Assembly: GCA_049645265.1 (NCBI GenBank)
Contig: JBARTN010000167.1
Location: forward strand, 14,538 to 78,537
DNA length: 64,000 nt
DNA from: Polyangiales bacterium
GTDB taxonomy: Bacteria; Myxococcota_A; Polyangia; Polyangiales; Houyiibacteriaceae
Reading direction: 5' to 3'
In this document: one piece after another, positions 9,043 to 18,155 of the stretch
Layout of the letters: every line of letters starts with the position of its first letter
Position numbering within the stretch: position 1 is the first letter of the stretch
The notes under the pieces: model-generated
Database searches by the model: none
Told to the model about the DNA's origin: nothing
The model's input: the letters and a program-made list of their open reading frames with translations, nothing else
Position numbers and translations under genes: made by a program

Positions 9043-11487
9043 ATGACGACGGTCAGTGGGGGTGTGAAAGGACTGGTCGCCCGCGCGCAGCGCGAGGCCC
9101 AAAGGCGCGCGCAGAGCCCTTCGACGGCGTACCTGCTCCTGGTGATGCTGCAGACCGGGGGGCCGATGGGAAGGCTTCTATCAGGGCTCGGGGTCAAGGA
9201 GAGCGATCTGCTGAGCGCGATCCGCGTCGTGGACTCCGAGCCGACGAGTGCGCTCGAACGAGCGGTCGAACGCGCCTACCGGCTGGCCAAAGCAGCCGAA
9301 GCGCCGCAGGTGCTGCCGGCCCATCTGCTCTTGGCCATCGCGCGCGACACACGAAGCGCCGCGCATCGAAGCCTCGAGGTGATTGGGACTGGATCTCGGC
9401 GCGTTCAGGAAGCGGTGCACGAGGTGCTTCGACCCGAGGACGCGCAGGCGGGGTCCAGCTCGACTTACATTCGGCCTGCCGCTTCGTTTTCGGCACAGCC
9501 CGCAACGAAACCGTCGCGTCCTTCCGCACGGAGGACCGCCCGGCCCGCTCCGTTGATCGAGCTGCGCGTCGAACCGCTCGAAGAAGAAGATGAAGAGATT
9601 CTGATCGAAGCGCCCATCAACGCTCCGATTGCAAAACCAGTCGCAGAGGCGGAAGACGAGATCATCGTCCCTTCGTCATCGCCTTTCACGCTCGATGCGC
9701 GTAAGTACCCGACGCTTGCCAAGCTCGGGCGCAACTTGACGGAGATGGCTTCGCTCGGACGGATCGACGAAGTGATCGGCCGCGACGACGAAATCGAGCG
9801 CCTTTTGGACGTTTTGGCCCGCAGGCGATCGAACAATCCGATTTTGGTCGGCCCTCCCGGCGTGGGCAAGACCGCCATCGTCGAAGGTCTCGCCCGGAGA
9901 CTCGCAGGATGTGGGGAAAGTGTGCGCGGTCTCGAGGGCACGATCCTAATCGAGCTTTCCGCCGGCGGCTTGGTTTCGGGCACCGGGGTTCGAGGTGCGC
10001 TTTCGGAGCGCATGCACCGTCTGCAGTTCGAGGTGAAGCGGGCGAATGGGAAGATTGTCCTGTTCATCGATGAAGTTCACACGCTGTTCGTTGGAGGTGA
10101 ATCACCCGATGACTTGGCGCACGAGCTCAAGGCGTCTCTGGCACGCGGAGAGCTTCCCTGCATTGGGGCAACGACCGACATCGAGTACCGCAAGTACGTC
10201 GAGCGGGACGCCGCGCTAGCCCGGCGGTTCTCTCCGATCCACGTGGCCGAGCCGACCGCTGAAGATGCGGTTGAAATCCTCATGGGCATCACGCCGCGCT
10301 ACGAAGTGCATCACGGCATCGCCTACGAGCCGTCAGCAGTCGAGTCCGCGGTCGAACTGTCGGTGCGATACCTTGCGGAGCAGACGCTTCCGGACAAGGC
10401 GATCGGCCTTCTAGATCTGGCGGGCGCGCGGACGCGTCGCCGCGGTGGGGCCATCGTCGATCGCGAAGCGGTTGCGCAGGTCGTGGCGGAGAAAGTGCGC
10501 GTGCCGGTGGAGCGCCTCTTGGTGACCGACTCGCAGAAGCTCCTCGAGCTCGAGCAGCACCTCGCAGAGCACGTCGTCGGGCACACCGAGGTGATGCGGC
10601 GCATCTCCGATGCCCTCCGCAAAGGAGCCGCGGGTTTTCATGGTCAGCGTCCGCTAGCCACGTTCTTGTTCTTGGGGCCGACTGGCGTCGGAAAGACCGA
10701 GACCGCTCGCGCGCTGAACGAGCTCTTCTTCATGGGTAGCCCGATGACTCGCATCGACATGAGCGAGCTGAGTGAATCGCATGCCGTGGCAAAGTTGGTT
10801 GGCGCACCTCCTGGCTACGTCGGCCACGACACCGGCGGTCAGCTCACCGAAGCGATTCGGCACCGGCCCTACCAACTCATCCTTCTCGACGAGATCGAAA
10901 AAGCACACATGAATGTGCTCCAGTCGCTCCTGCCGCTTCTCGAAGACGGGCGGCTCACCGACGGAAAGGGGAGGACGGTCGATTGCACCCACACGATCGT
11001 CGTCATGACGTCGAACCTCGGCACGGAGAGCTCGCATCGCAGCCAAAGCTCGATTGGGTTCAAGGGAGCATCGAAAGGCGCAGGGGATGGATTTTCCGAG
11101 GCACTGACGCGAGCGCGGCGAGCGCTCCCGCCCGAGCTTTGGAATCGCATCGACGAGCCGCTGTTCTTCGGTTCCCTCAGCCGCGACGAGGTTCGTGAAA
11201 TCGCACGCCGGATGGCTGCCAGTGTCATCCAGCAACTACGCGAGCGACAAGGTGTCGATCTAGGCATCGACGAAAGCGCGATCGACGCATTGGTCGCACT
11301 CGGCGGATATGACGCGGAGCTGGGCGCTCGCCCGATGCGTCGCGCAATCGGTCGGATGGTCGAAGCTCCCTTAGCGGCCGCCATCCTCGGCGGAGCGTTC
11401 GACCGCGGTGATCGAGTTCTGGCGCTGGGCGATACGGAAGGCATTCGCTTCGAGCGTATCGAAGGCTCCATCGAAGCCGCTGAGTGA
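9043..11487 (+). CDS. ClpA/ClpC-type AAA+ unfoldase (two ATPase modules, ClpP-docking IGF loop)
   Basis: 814-aa ORF. It has a Clp_N-like N-terminus and a Pro/Ala/Glu-rich linker. D1 Walker A is GPPGVGKTA and D2 Walker A is GPTGVGKTE. There is no long ClpB-type middle domain, and SSIGFKG is present in D2. Confidence 0.85.
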   Translation: MTTVSGGVKGLVARAQREAQRRAQSPSTAYLLLVMLQTGGPMGRLLSGLGVKESDLLSAIRVVDSEPTSALERAVERAYRLAKAAEAPQVLPAHLLLAIARDTRSAAHRSLEVIGTGSRRVQEAVHEVLRPEDAQAGSSSTYIRPAASFSAQPATKPSRPSARRTARPAPLIELRVEPLEEEDEEILIEAPINAPIAKPVAEAEDEIIVPSSSPFTLDARKYPTLAKLGRNLTEMASLGRIDEVIGRDDEIERLLDVLARRRSNNPILVGPPGVGKTAIVEGLARRLAGCGESVRGLEGTILIELSAGGLVSGTGVRGALSERMHRLQFEVKRANGKIVLFIDEVHTLFVGGESPDDLAHELKASLARGELPCIGATTDIEYRKYVERDAALARRFSPIHVAEPTAEDAVEILMGITPRYEVHHGIAYEPSAVESAVELSVRYLAEQTLPDKAIGLLDLAGARTRRRGGAIVDREAVAQVVAEKVRVPVERLLVTDSQKLLELEQHLAEHVVGHTEVMRRISDALRKGAAGFHGQRPLATFLFLGPTGVGKTETARALNELFFMGSPMTRIDMSELSESHAVAKLVGAPPGYVGHDTGGQLTEAIRHRPYQLILLDEIEKAHMNVLQSLLPLLEDGRLTDGKGRTVDCTHTIVVMTSNLGTESSHRSQSSIGFKGASKGAGDGFSEALTRARRALPPELWNRIDEPLFFGSLSRDEVREIARRMAASVIQQLRERQGVDLGIDESAIDALVALGGYDAELGARPMRRAIGRMVEAPLAAAILGGAFDRGDRVLALGDTEGIRFERIEGSIEAAE

Positions 11488-11496
11488 AGCCGCCGT

Positions 11497-12294
11497 TCAG
11501 CGTTTTGTCGTGCGCAGGATTTCCGACGCCTTCGCTTGCCCGAGGCCGGCGGCTCGTGCGCAGCGCACGATAATGGGGACTAGAGAGTCGTAAGCCGAGA
11601 GCGCATCGCGACTCAGGGAGCGGAGTGCGGCTCGATGATTCGCCACGGCCTCTGCCTCGCCCCGTGCGATCGGACCCGTGAGGGCGCCGGGAACGCCGAG
11701 GCTCTGAACGTTCTCGCCGACGCTTTGCAGCAGGCCGCCGATCGCGCGTTCGGCGGCACGCGGTTCGAAACCAAGTCGTTCGAGCAGGCCGACCGAGACG
11801 AAGGCCAACGCCGCAGTGCCGTTGGCGGCGAGGGCGGCTGCTGCGTGGTATCCCGCTCTGCCGGTCTGGGCGAGCACCACGCGCGCGCCGCACGCTTTTG
11901 CGATGCGCCGGCTGGTCGCAATGGCACGCCGGGAGCCGTTCACCGTGAACGTGGTGCCTCGAAGGCTTGGACTGCGTTGCTTGCTCGCGAACGAGACCAA
12001 CGGGTGCATCACTCCGACCGCGGCTCCGCTCTCTCTGCACGCCTCCAGCAGGTCTGTTCCCCGAGCGCCTGCGCAGTGAAGCACGGTGGCCCCTCGCTTC
12101 AGATTCGGGGCGATGGCGCGGGCAACCGTCGGGATCGAGTCATCGGACACGGCGAGGACGATTGCGTCCGCCGCGGCCAGGCTCGAAGGCTTGCAATGAC
12201 GACCCGTGGCAGAGACTTCGAGCATGCCGCTCGCTTCCAGTGACCGCCTCAGCCCATTCCCGACTCGGCCTCGGCCGATGATGAGGACGTTCAT
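11497..12294 (-). CDS. Rossmann-fold/DUF2520-type putative oxidoreductase
   Basis: The biologically plausible start is MNVLIIGRGRVGNGL (GxGxxG) at 12294, giving 265 aa. The upstream 127 codons of the ORF-track frame are Arg-rich and overlap nadD. The ATG overlaps the nadD stop (ATGA). Confidence 0.65.
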   Translation of the reverse strand: MNVLIIGRGRVGNGLRRSLEASGMLEVSATGRHCKPSSLAAADAIVLAVSDDSIPTVARAIAPNLKRGATVLHCAGARGTDLLEACRESGAAVGVMHPLVSFASKQRSPSLRGTTFTVNGSRRAIATSRRIAKACGARVVLAQTGRAGYHAAAALAANGTAALAFVSVGLLERLGFEPRAAERAIGGLLQSVGENVQSLGVPGALTGPIARGEAEAVANHRAALRSLSRDALSAYDSLVPIIVRCARAAGLGQAKASEILRTTKR

Positions 12295-12854
12295 CCTTGG
12301 GCCTGGTAGAGGCCGTGAGATCGGATGTGCTCGATGACCGCGCTGGGCACGAGGCCGCCGATGTCGGCCGCGTTCGCTAGCCCGGTGCGGATGTCGGTGG
12401 AGTTGATGTTCGGAATCGAGATCGGGCAGCCCTCCGGAACGGGGTAGCCCTGGCGACCGATCACGAGAGGTGGCGCGATCTTCACGACCTCGTCCCAGCG
12501 GTACCAGCGATCGGTCGTAGGAAGGACGTCGGCGCCGATCAAGAGTCGAAAAAGCGTACCCGGATTTTCGTTTTCCAGCGCGTCCAGCGTTTCGAGCGTT
12601 CGGCTGACCCCGCCGAGACGCCGCTCGATGTTGCAGACCTCGACGTTTCGGAAAGGAGCAAAGGCGAGCTCGCACATGGTTTGGCGTTCTTCAAAGGGCG
12701 CGCCGTGTTGCTTGTCGAACACGTGTTTCCAGGTCGGGATGATCCAAAGCGCGTCGAGATCGGCTGCCGAGACAGCCCAGGCCACCGAAAGCACGTGGCC
12801 CAGATGAGGCGGATCAAAGCTGCCGCCATAGATCGCGACCCGCCGCGTGGTCAT
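12291..12854 (-). CDS. nadD: Nicotinate-nucleotide adenylyltransferase
   Basis: From MTTRRVAIYGGSFDPPHLGHV (the (H/T)xGH nucleotidyltransferase motif) to the C-terminal NINSTDIR (ISSTxxR-like). The ATG at 12854 overlaps the stop of the upstream ORF. Confidence 0.85.
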   Translation of the reverse strand: MTTRRVAIYGGSFDPPHLGHVLSVAWAVSAADLDALWIIPTWKHVFDKQHGAPFEERQTMCELAFAPFRNVEVCNIERRLGGVSRTLETLDALENENPGTLFRLLIGADVLPTTDRWYRWDEVVKIAPPLVIGRQGYPVPEGCPISIPNINSTDIRTGLANAADIGGLVPSAVIEHIRSHGLYQAQG

Positions 12855-13444
12855 GGCGCCACCATCACCTTCGCGCCCCGACCCTGAATGGGCTCGCTCC
12901 AGCACACCTCGCCGCTCAGTGTGATCGCCTCCAAGACGACCCCTCCGCTTTCGGATTGGTCGTCGAGCAGGCCGAGGTGCCCTGTTTCGAGGGGACCCGG
13001 GCTGAAGAAGCAACGTGCCCCGAAGCGCTTGAACATCAGCTCCTTACCATCGCCGTACACGACGATGTTGGAGTTGATCACGTCTTCCTCTCCGATGGTC
13101 GACTTGTTTCGAACGATGAGGGCGATTCGGTCGTCGAGCATCTCCATGGCGCGTCGAGGCGGCGGAGGTGCGATGCGTAGCTTTCCAAGGTAGCGAGCGC
13201 CGCGCAGTTTGCGCAGCACCTCTTCGATCTGGTCCGACGTTCCGCCTGCTGCGACCTCGGCGACTTGCTGTTCGAGCGGGGAGTCCCCGGCATCCGATTC
13301 GTGTTTCGCCATGAACGCACGCAGGGCTTCGTCTTCTCCGAGATAGACGACGGTGTCGACCTCGAGGTCGCAGATCAGCAGTTTGGCCGCCTGCTCGAGG
13401 GCGGCGACGTCGCTTTTCGCCGGACCGATGAAACCCAACCGCAT
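12851..13444 (-). CDS. Hypothetical protein; possible degenerate YfcE/MJ0936-like metallophosphoesterase fold without metal ligands
   Basis: 197-aa ORF. MRLGFIGPAKSD, DTVVYLGED, LIVRNKS and FFSPGP line up with MKIxVISDTHG, DxVIHxGD, VRGNCD and NPGS blocks, but the ligand residues are replaced. This is a by-eye alignment only. Confidence 0.35.
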   Translation of the reverse strand: MRLGFIGPAKSDVAALEQAAKLLICDLEVDTVVYLGEDEALRAFMAKHESDAGDSPLEQQVAEVAAGGTSDQIEEVLRKLRGARYLGKLRIAPPPPRRAMEMLDDRIALIVRNKSTIGEEDVINSNIVVYGDGKELMFKRFGARCFFSPGPLETGHLGLLDDQSESGGVVLEAITLSGEVCWSEPIQGRGAKVMVAP

Positions 13445-13448
13445 CGTT

Positions 13449-16400
13449 CTAGGGATCTACACCAGCTTGGGCCCGGGCTTCAAAATGTGTGTCGCTAATC
13501 GCAAATCGAACCATGGCCCAGGCCTCTGGGGTTTCCTTAATGACGCTCAAGCGGCGATCGTCGCTGGCAGGGACATCGTGCCCGGCGATCTTGAGCAAGG
13601 CGTTGACCGCCGAGGGCACGTCCCCGGTCAAGGTCAGGGCCGCGCGGTTGCCGAGCTCAGCGATCGCAAAGGGCACCGCTCGTGTAGAAAACGCGGCGTT
13701 CCCCTTCAGCTCCAGGGCCAAGCTATCGACCTCGTCGCGCGAGCGACGGGGCACGGCCTTGAGCAGCTTCTTGCGCAGGTCGAGCATTTGAGGCCTTGTC
13801 GCTTCGTTGCCCGGGCTCGCTCCGTGTTCCTGGAGCAGCGCCAGGAGCGCGAGGTCCAGGTCCCGGGGACGGGCGCGGAGCGCAGGGGCCAGATGATGCG
13901 CGGCCACTTTGAGGGCGCGCGCAAACAGGAACAGACGCTCCCGAGGGCTGGTGATGTGGAGGAGGTTGCCACCGACGACGATGGTAGGCGGGTCGCCGGA
14001 GACGGGCATGCATGCCGCGGGCGCAACGTAGGTGATTCGCAAGCGCGGCTCGCTGATCCCCAGCATCTCGGCGACAGCGCCCGCCTCTTCGACGAGGGTT
14101 CGGTGCTCGCCCGTTGGCTTGCGCAAGCGCCAGGCGCTGGCATCGAAGGGCAGCAGCTTGTCGAACGGGTGCTCGCACAAGGCGAAAAGGCGGCGAGCGG
14201 TTTCAGGCAAGTCGTCCGGAGCGACGACGGCATCGACGAGGCCCGAAAACGGAACCTTGGCCTCGCCCAGAGCTTCGCCCTGCCCTGTGACGTCTCCCTC
14301 GAAGAGAGAGGCAGGGTGGCCGGCCGCGATCGCCGCGCTGGCCGCGCAGGAGGCTGGGCCGGGACCGTGCCGACGGTGGAGCACGCGAACCAAGGTGGTC
14401 CACAGGGCTTCACTGCCCGGGTCGCGATCAATGCCGGTGCGCAAGTCGCTGAGAGCCCGGTTCAGGTGCATCGCTTCAGCGGGGGCAGCGCCCTGACGTC
14501 GGTAGTAGTCGGCGACGGCAAGGATCACGTCGGGCTCCGTCGGCTGCTCAGCCCGCAGTTTCTCCAAAATCTGCTCGGCTTGCCGCCCCTGATCGGCCGA
14601 TTCGACGGCACCCGCCAGCCGGATTCGGTAGTCGCGGTTTTCGGATTCACTACCCGCGCGTCGAACGAGCTCTTCGAGCAACCTTGCGGCTTCGTGGGCC
14701 TTGCCTTGGCGACTCATCACCGATGCGAGTCGATCCAAGGTTTCCACGTTCGCAGGCAAAAGCTGCACCGCCCGCTGAAGCGACGCTTCGGCGCGCGGAA
14801 GGTCCTGAAGATGCACGTCGTAGAGCGAGGCGAGCTGCGTAAACGCCCAAGTCTGCTCCTCGGTGCCGCGCTTCAGACGCGCGATGCGAATTAAAGCTTC
14901 GGCGGCGCCTTGCCAGTTCTCGGCAGCGCGGTGGGTGTCCACGAGCTCCTTGAGCGCGGTGAAGTTGAGCGGATCGAGCTCCAGGCACTCGTGCAATGCG
15001 TTGCTGACGCCTTCGAGATCGCCTCGCTCACGACTCTGACGCGCCTTCTGGACCAGCAGACCAACCAGGGTTGGCGTATCGGCGCTGGCATCGATGCGGG
15101 CATCGGTCAGTGCCGCGAGCGCATCGAGTCGCCCCTGGCTTTGGTAGAGCGCCGCGAGGCGGCGGTACACATCGAGGTATCGGATGTCGCACTTCGAAGC
15201 GGCAACCCAGGCATCGATGGCTCGATGCTGGTCTCCAAGCTCCTTTTCGAAGATGCACGCGGCCTCCCGCCAGAGCGACGCGGCGCGATGGCTGTCCTGG
15301 GCCTTGCTCGCCGCGTCTTGATAGACGGCAGCCGCGTCTTCCCAGCGCTCGGCCGCGTGCAACAGCCCCGCTTCGACTTCGCGCGCGAGCGGGTGACCTC
15401 TCGCTTCGTCCAAGAGCTCGAGCGCGTTTTCCGGGGCCCCCATCCGCTGAAGCACGCGAGCGGCGTCGAGCGCTAGTGCGCCACGTTCCAGGTCGTCATC
15501 GACTGCGGCCTGCAGAGCAAGGAGCGCTTGGAGGCTGAGCAGGTTCTCGCCCGTCGCATAGGCCGCGCCTAGGACTTGTCTGGCCAAGCCTGCGTCCGCC
15601 TCGAGCGCGTCGTCGAACCCGCGCAGCCATCGATCGAGATCGGATTGCAGGATGTCGGGATCGGCTCTGAGCAGCTCGAGATGGAGCCGATGCCTGGCCA
15701 AGCGGTCTGGCGAGTCCTCCGGAAGGGCCTGCAAGAGATGTCGAGCGCTCGAACGGATGCGTTCGGTGTCGTTCTCCCGAAGCGCATCCCATTCGAGGGC
15801 ACGCGCCGTGGGGATGTGGTCGGGGCGAAGCTCGGCGATCGATTGTAGCGACAAGCGCGCGCTTTGCATGTCGTGACGTGCGAGTCGATCGACTTCTGCC
15901 ATCGCCGTAAACGCGCGGAGACGTTCGGCCTCGTCAGTTGCCTCGCGCACGTGGCTCATCGCGCCGTCGGAGAGGCGCGCAAACTCCGATGCCTGAAGCT
16001 CCGCGTCGTCTCGTTGAACGCGAATCATTTCGTCGTCTGGAATTTCGATCGAGGCCTCCCTGAGCACCCGCGCGGCTCGGGCTGCAAGGCCGGCCGCGCG
16101 ATAGGATGCCGCGGCGCGCTCCAGGTACGCGGGCATGCCGAGACGGCGCGCCGCCAGCTCCATGAGCTCACCGGCAGTCTCCGTCTGGCTTCCGGCCGCT
16201 TCGATGAGGTGCTCGACGAGGAGTGGATCGGGCGCGGCCCGGTTCAACGCCGCTTCCGCGTATGCCAGGCGGTCGCTGCGGGACGGTGTCCACATCGATG
16301 CGCGGAGCCAGCTCGCTGCTGGGTCCGTCGAACAGAGCGCCGCTTGGCGGGATGCGCTGCTCGCCCGGGCTTCGTCCGCGCTCAGCCGGTCCTCCAACTC

Positions 16401-18155
16401 CCAGAGGGCGGGCAGGTAGTCGACCGCTTGGGCCAATGCCATTTCGCACCCGGTTTTCGCTTCCTCGGACCCGGGCTGCGCGAGCCTCGCGGCCATCGTG
16501 AAAGCAAAGGCGGCGCGCGCTCCGCTCGCGGCGTTCCCTTCGTCGATCCAGCGCCGAGCGCTCCGTTCAGGGTCATTGTCTTCTAGCACGAGCGCCCGGC
16601 CAATCATCGGGTCGCCCGGCACCCGTTCCTCAGCGCGAAGCAGAGCGCGGCCACGATCGATCATTCCGCAGGCGGCTCCCATTTCCGCGACGGCGAGCGT
16701 TGCACCGGCAGCCAGCTGTTCGGGCACGCCGTCGAGCTCCGCTTCGAGGGCCGCGACGAACCTCGCGCCATCTCGGATGCGCGCTGCCTCGTCCGCCTGA
16801 ACCATTCTCGAGGCGACGCTCGTATCCTCGCCGGGCATCGATTCGAGCAATCGGGGCAGTTCGGTTTCCCCGCCGGAATCCACTTCGATCAAGCGCTTCC
16901 AGGCCTGCAGGTACGGTTCGAAGCGCGGTTCTTTTTGCGCTTCTCGGGACGCGAGCTCGAAACCATTTCGCTCCCCCCGCTCCGCGTGGAGTCGCGCGCG
17001 TCGCCCGGAGCCCAGAGCCCGAATTTCCGGCGTGTCATCGGATGCGCTCGCCGCGAGCGCATCCATCGTTCGTTGGGTGTCCCCACAAAGCGCGGCCGAT
17101 TCGGCAAGCGTCCAAAGAGACGCCGTGTCTTCGGCTTTGTCGAGCAACGAGACCGCCGCCTCCGGAGAACCGCTGCGCCGGCTCATGCTCGCCGCGGTTC
17201 GACGGAGCGCGGGGGCAAACCGGCGCGAGACATGTGCTGCAGCGGCGAGAAGCGCTTCCCTTGCCACGTCGTCTTCGCCAAGCCCGCGGCTCGTGCGAAC
17301 CACTCCAAGATGCGCTGCGAGCAGCCCGGGATGAAGCTCGAGCACGCGGCCGTATCTGCTCCTCGCCTGATCGAGCGCGCCGGCCTTCTCCTTGAGCTCG
17401 GCTGCGTGCAGGGCCAGCACCGCTTCGGCTTCGGCTTGTGGCCAGCGCTCCGCCGCCCGGGTCAGAGCGTCTGCCGCGCGCCCCGAATCGTCGCGCGACA
17501 GCCTCGCCGAGGCCAAGAGCATGCACGCGACGAAGTCGTCCTTTCGTAGATCGGATGCGTGTGCGGCGGCCTGCTCGGCGGCTGCCGGATCGTGGAGCTT
17601 CGAGAGCTGAATCCGCGCAAGCAGGTTGAGCGCCGATGCTCGATCGGCGGTGCTGAGCCCCAGCGCGGATTCTTTTTCCAGGGCGTCTGCCGCGGCGCTC
17701 CAGTCGCCGTTCCGCATGGCGAGCCGTCGAAGCGCGCGCAGGACGATGACATCACGTGCGTCGGCGGACAGCGCTTCAGTGTAGTGACGCCTCGCGGCGT
17801 CGTAATCTCCGAGTCGCTCGCAAAGCTCCGCTGCGGAGGTGAGGAGCCGCGCGCGCGCCGAGCCAACCGCGCGTCGTCCGAGCGCCTCGAGAAGCTCGAT
17901 GCGCCGCTTCATCGTGCCAGGCGTGTCGCCGACCAAGGGCAGCGCCTCGTGGCGCGGCCTGTGCTCGAAGAGGGTCCGTTGCGCCGCGAGCGCGCCCGAG
18001 TCCGAAGGGTCCGGAGGACGGCTCGTGCGCTTCGCCAGGCTCCCGGCCTGCGTTTCGACGAAGGAGTCGAGCAAGGCGGCGATCGCGTCGTCGTCGATGT
18101 CGAACGACGGCGGGTCCGATTCGCGGCTCGCCCGAGACACGTCGTCCTCAGCCAT
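13449..18155 (-). CDS. Giant TPR-repeat protein (1568 aa) with a non-repeat C-terminal module
   Basis: Continuous ORF with GC-rich third positions. Ala/Leu/Arg/Glu/Asp-rich helical-hairpin repeats run throughout. No signal peptide or TM segment. The ATG at 18155 overlaps the stop of the upstream paralogue by 8 nt. Confidence 0.8.
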   Translation of the reverse strand: MAEDDVSRASRESDPPSFDIDDDAIAALLDSFVETQAGSLAKRTSRPPDPSDSGALAAQRTLFEHRPRHEALPLVGDTPGTMKRRIELLEALGRRAVGSARARLLTSAAELCERLGDYDAARRHYTEALSADARDVIVLRALRRLAMRNGDWSAAADALEKESALGLSTADRASALNLLARIQLSKLHDPAAAEQAAAHASDLRKDDFVACMLLASARLSRDDSGRAADALTRAAERWPQAEAEAVLALHAAELKEKAGALDQARSRYGRVLELHPGLLAAHLGVVRTSRGLGEDDVAREALLAAAAHVSRRFAPALRRTAASMSRRSGSPEAAVSLLDKAEDTASLWTLAESAALCGDTQRTMDALAASASDDTPEIRALGSGRRARLHAERGERNGFELASREAQKEPRFEPYLQAWKRLIEVDSGGETELPRLLESMPGEDTSVASRMVQADEAARIRDGARFVAALEAELDGVPEQLAAGATLAVAEMGAACGMIDRGRALLRAEERVPGDPMIGRALVLEDNDPERSARRWIDEGNAASGARAAFAFTMAARLAQPGSEEAKTGCEMALAQAVDYLPALWELEDRLSADEARASSASRQAALCSTDPAASWLRASMWTPSRSDRLAYAEAALNRAAPDPLLVEHLIEAAGSQTETAGELMELAARRLGMPAYLERAAASYRAAGLAARAARVLREASIEIPDDEMIRVQRDDAELQASEFARLSDGAMSHVREATDEAERLRAFTAMAEVDRLARHDMQSARLSLQSIAELRPDHIPTARALEWDALRENDTERIRSSARHLLQALPEDSPDRLARHRLHLELLRADPDILQSDLDRWLRGFDDALEADAGLARQVLGAAYATGENLLSLQALLALQAAVDDDLERGALALDAARVLQRMGAPENALELLDEARGHPLAREVEAGLLHAAERWEDAAAVYQDAASKAQDSHRAASLWREAACIFEKELGDQHRAIDAWVAASKCDIRYLDVYRRLAALYQSQGRLDALAALTDARIDASADTPTLVGLLVQKARQSRERGDLEGVSNALHECLELDPLNFTALKELVDTHRAAENWQGAAEALIRIARLKRGTEEQTWAFTQLASLYDVHLQDLPRAEASLQRAVQLLPANVETLDRLASVMSRQGKAHEAARLLEELVRRAGSESENRDYRIRLAGAVESADQGRQAEQILEKLRAEQPTEPDVILAVADYYRRQGAAPAEAMHLNRALSDLRTGIDRDPGSEALWTTLVRVLHRRHGPGPASCAASAAIAAGHPASLFEGDVTGQGEALGEAKVPFSGLVDAVVAPDDLPETARRLFALCEHPFDKLLPFDASAWRLRKPTGEHRTLVEEAGAVAEMLGISEPRLRITYVAPAACMPVSGDPPTIVVGGNLLHITSPRERLFLFARALKVAAHHLAPALRARPRDLDLALLALLQEHGASPGNEATRPQMLDLRKKLLKAVPRRSRDEVDSLALELKGNAAFSTRAVPFAIAELGNRAALTLTGDVPSAVNALLKIAGHDVPASDDRRLSVIKETPEAWAMVRFAISDTHFEARAQAGVDP

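Noticed and set aside
13353-14894. 513-aa plus-strand ORF, plus many shorter ones, antisense to the TPR genes
   Set aside because: Arg/Gly-rich composition and no recognisable domain. They lie entirely within a convincing minus-strand coding frame.
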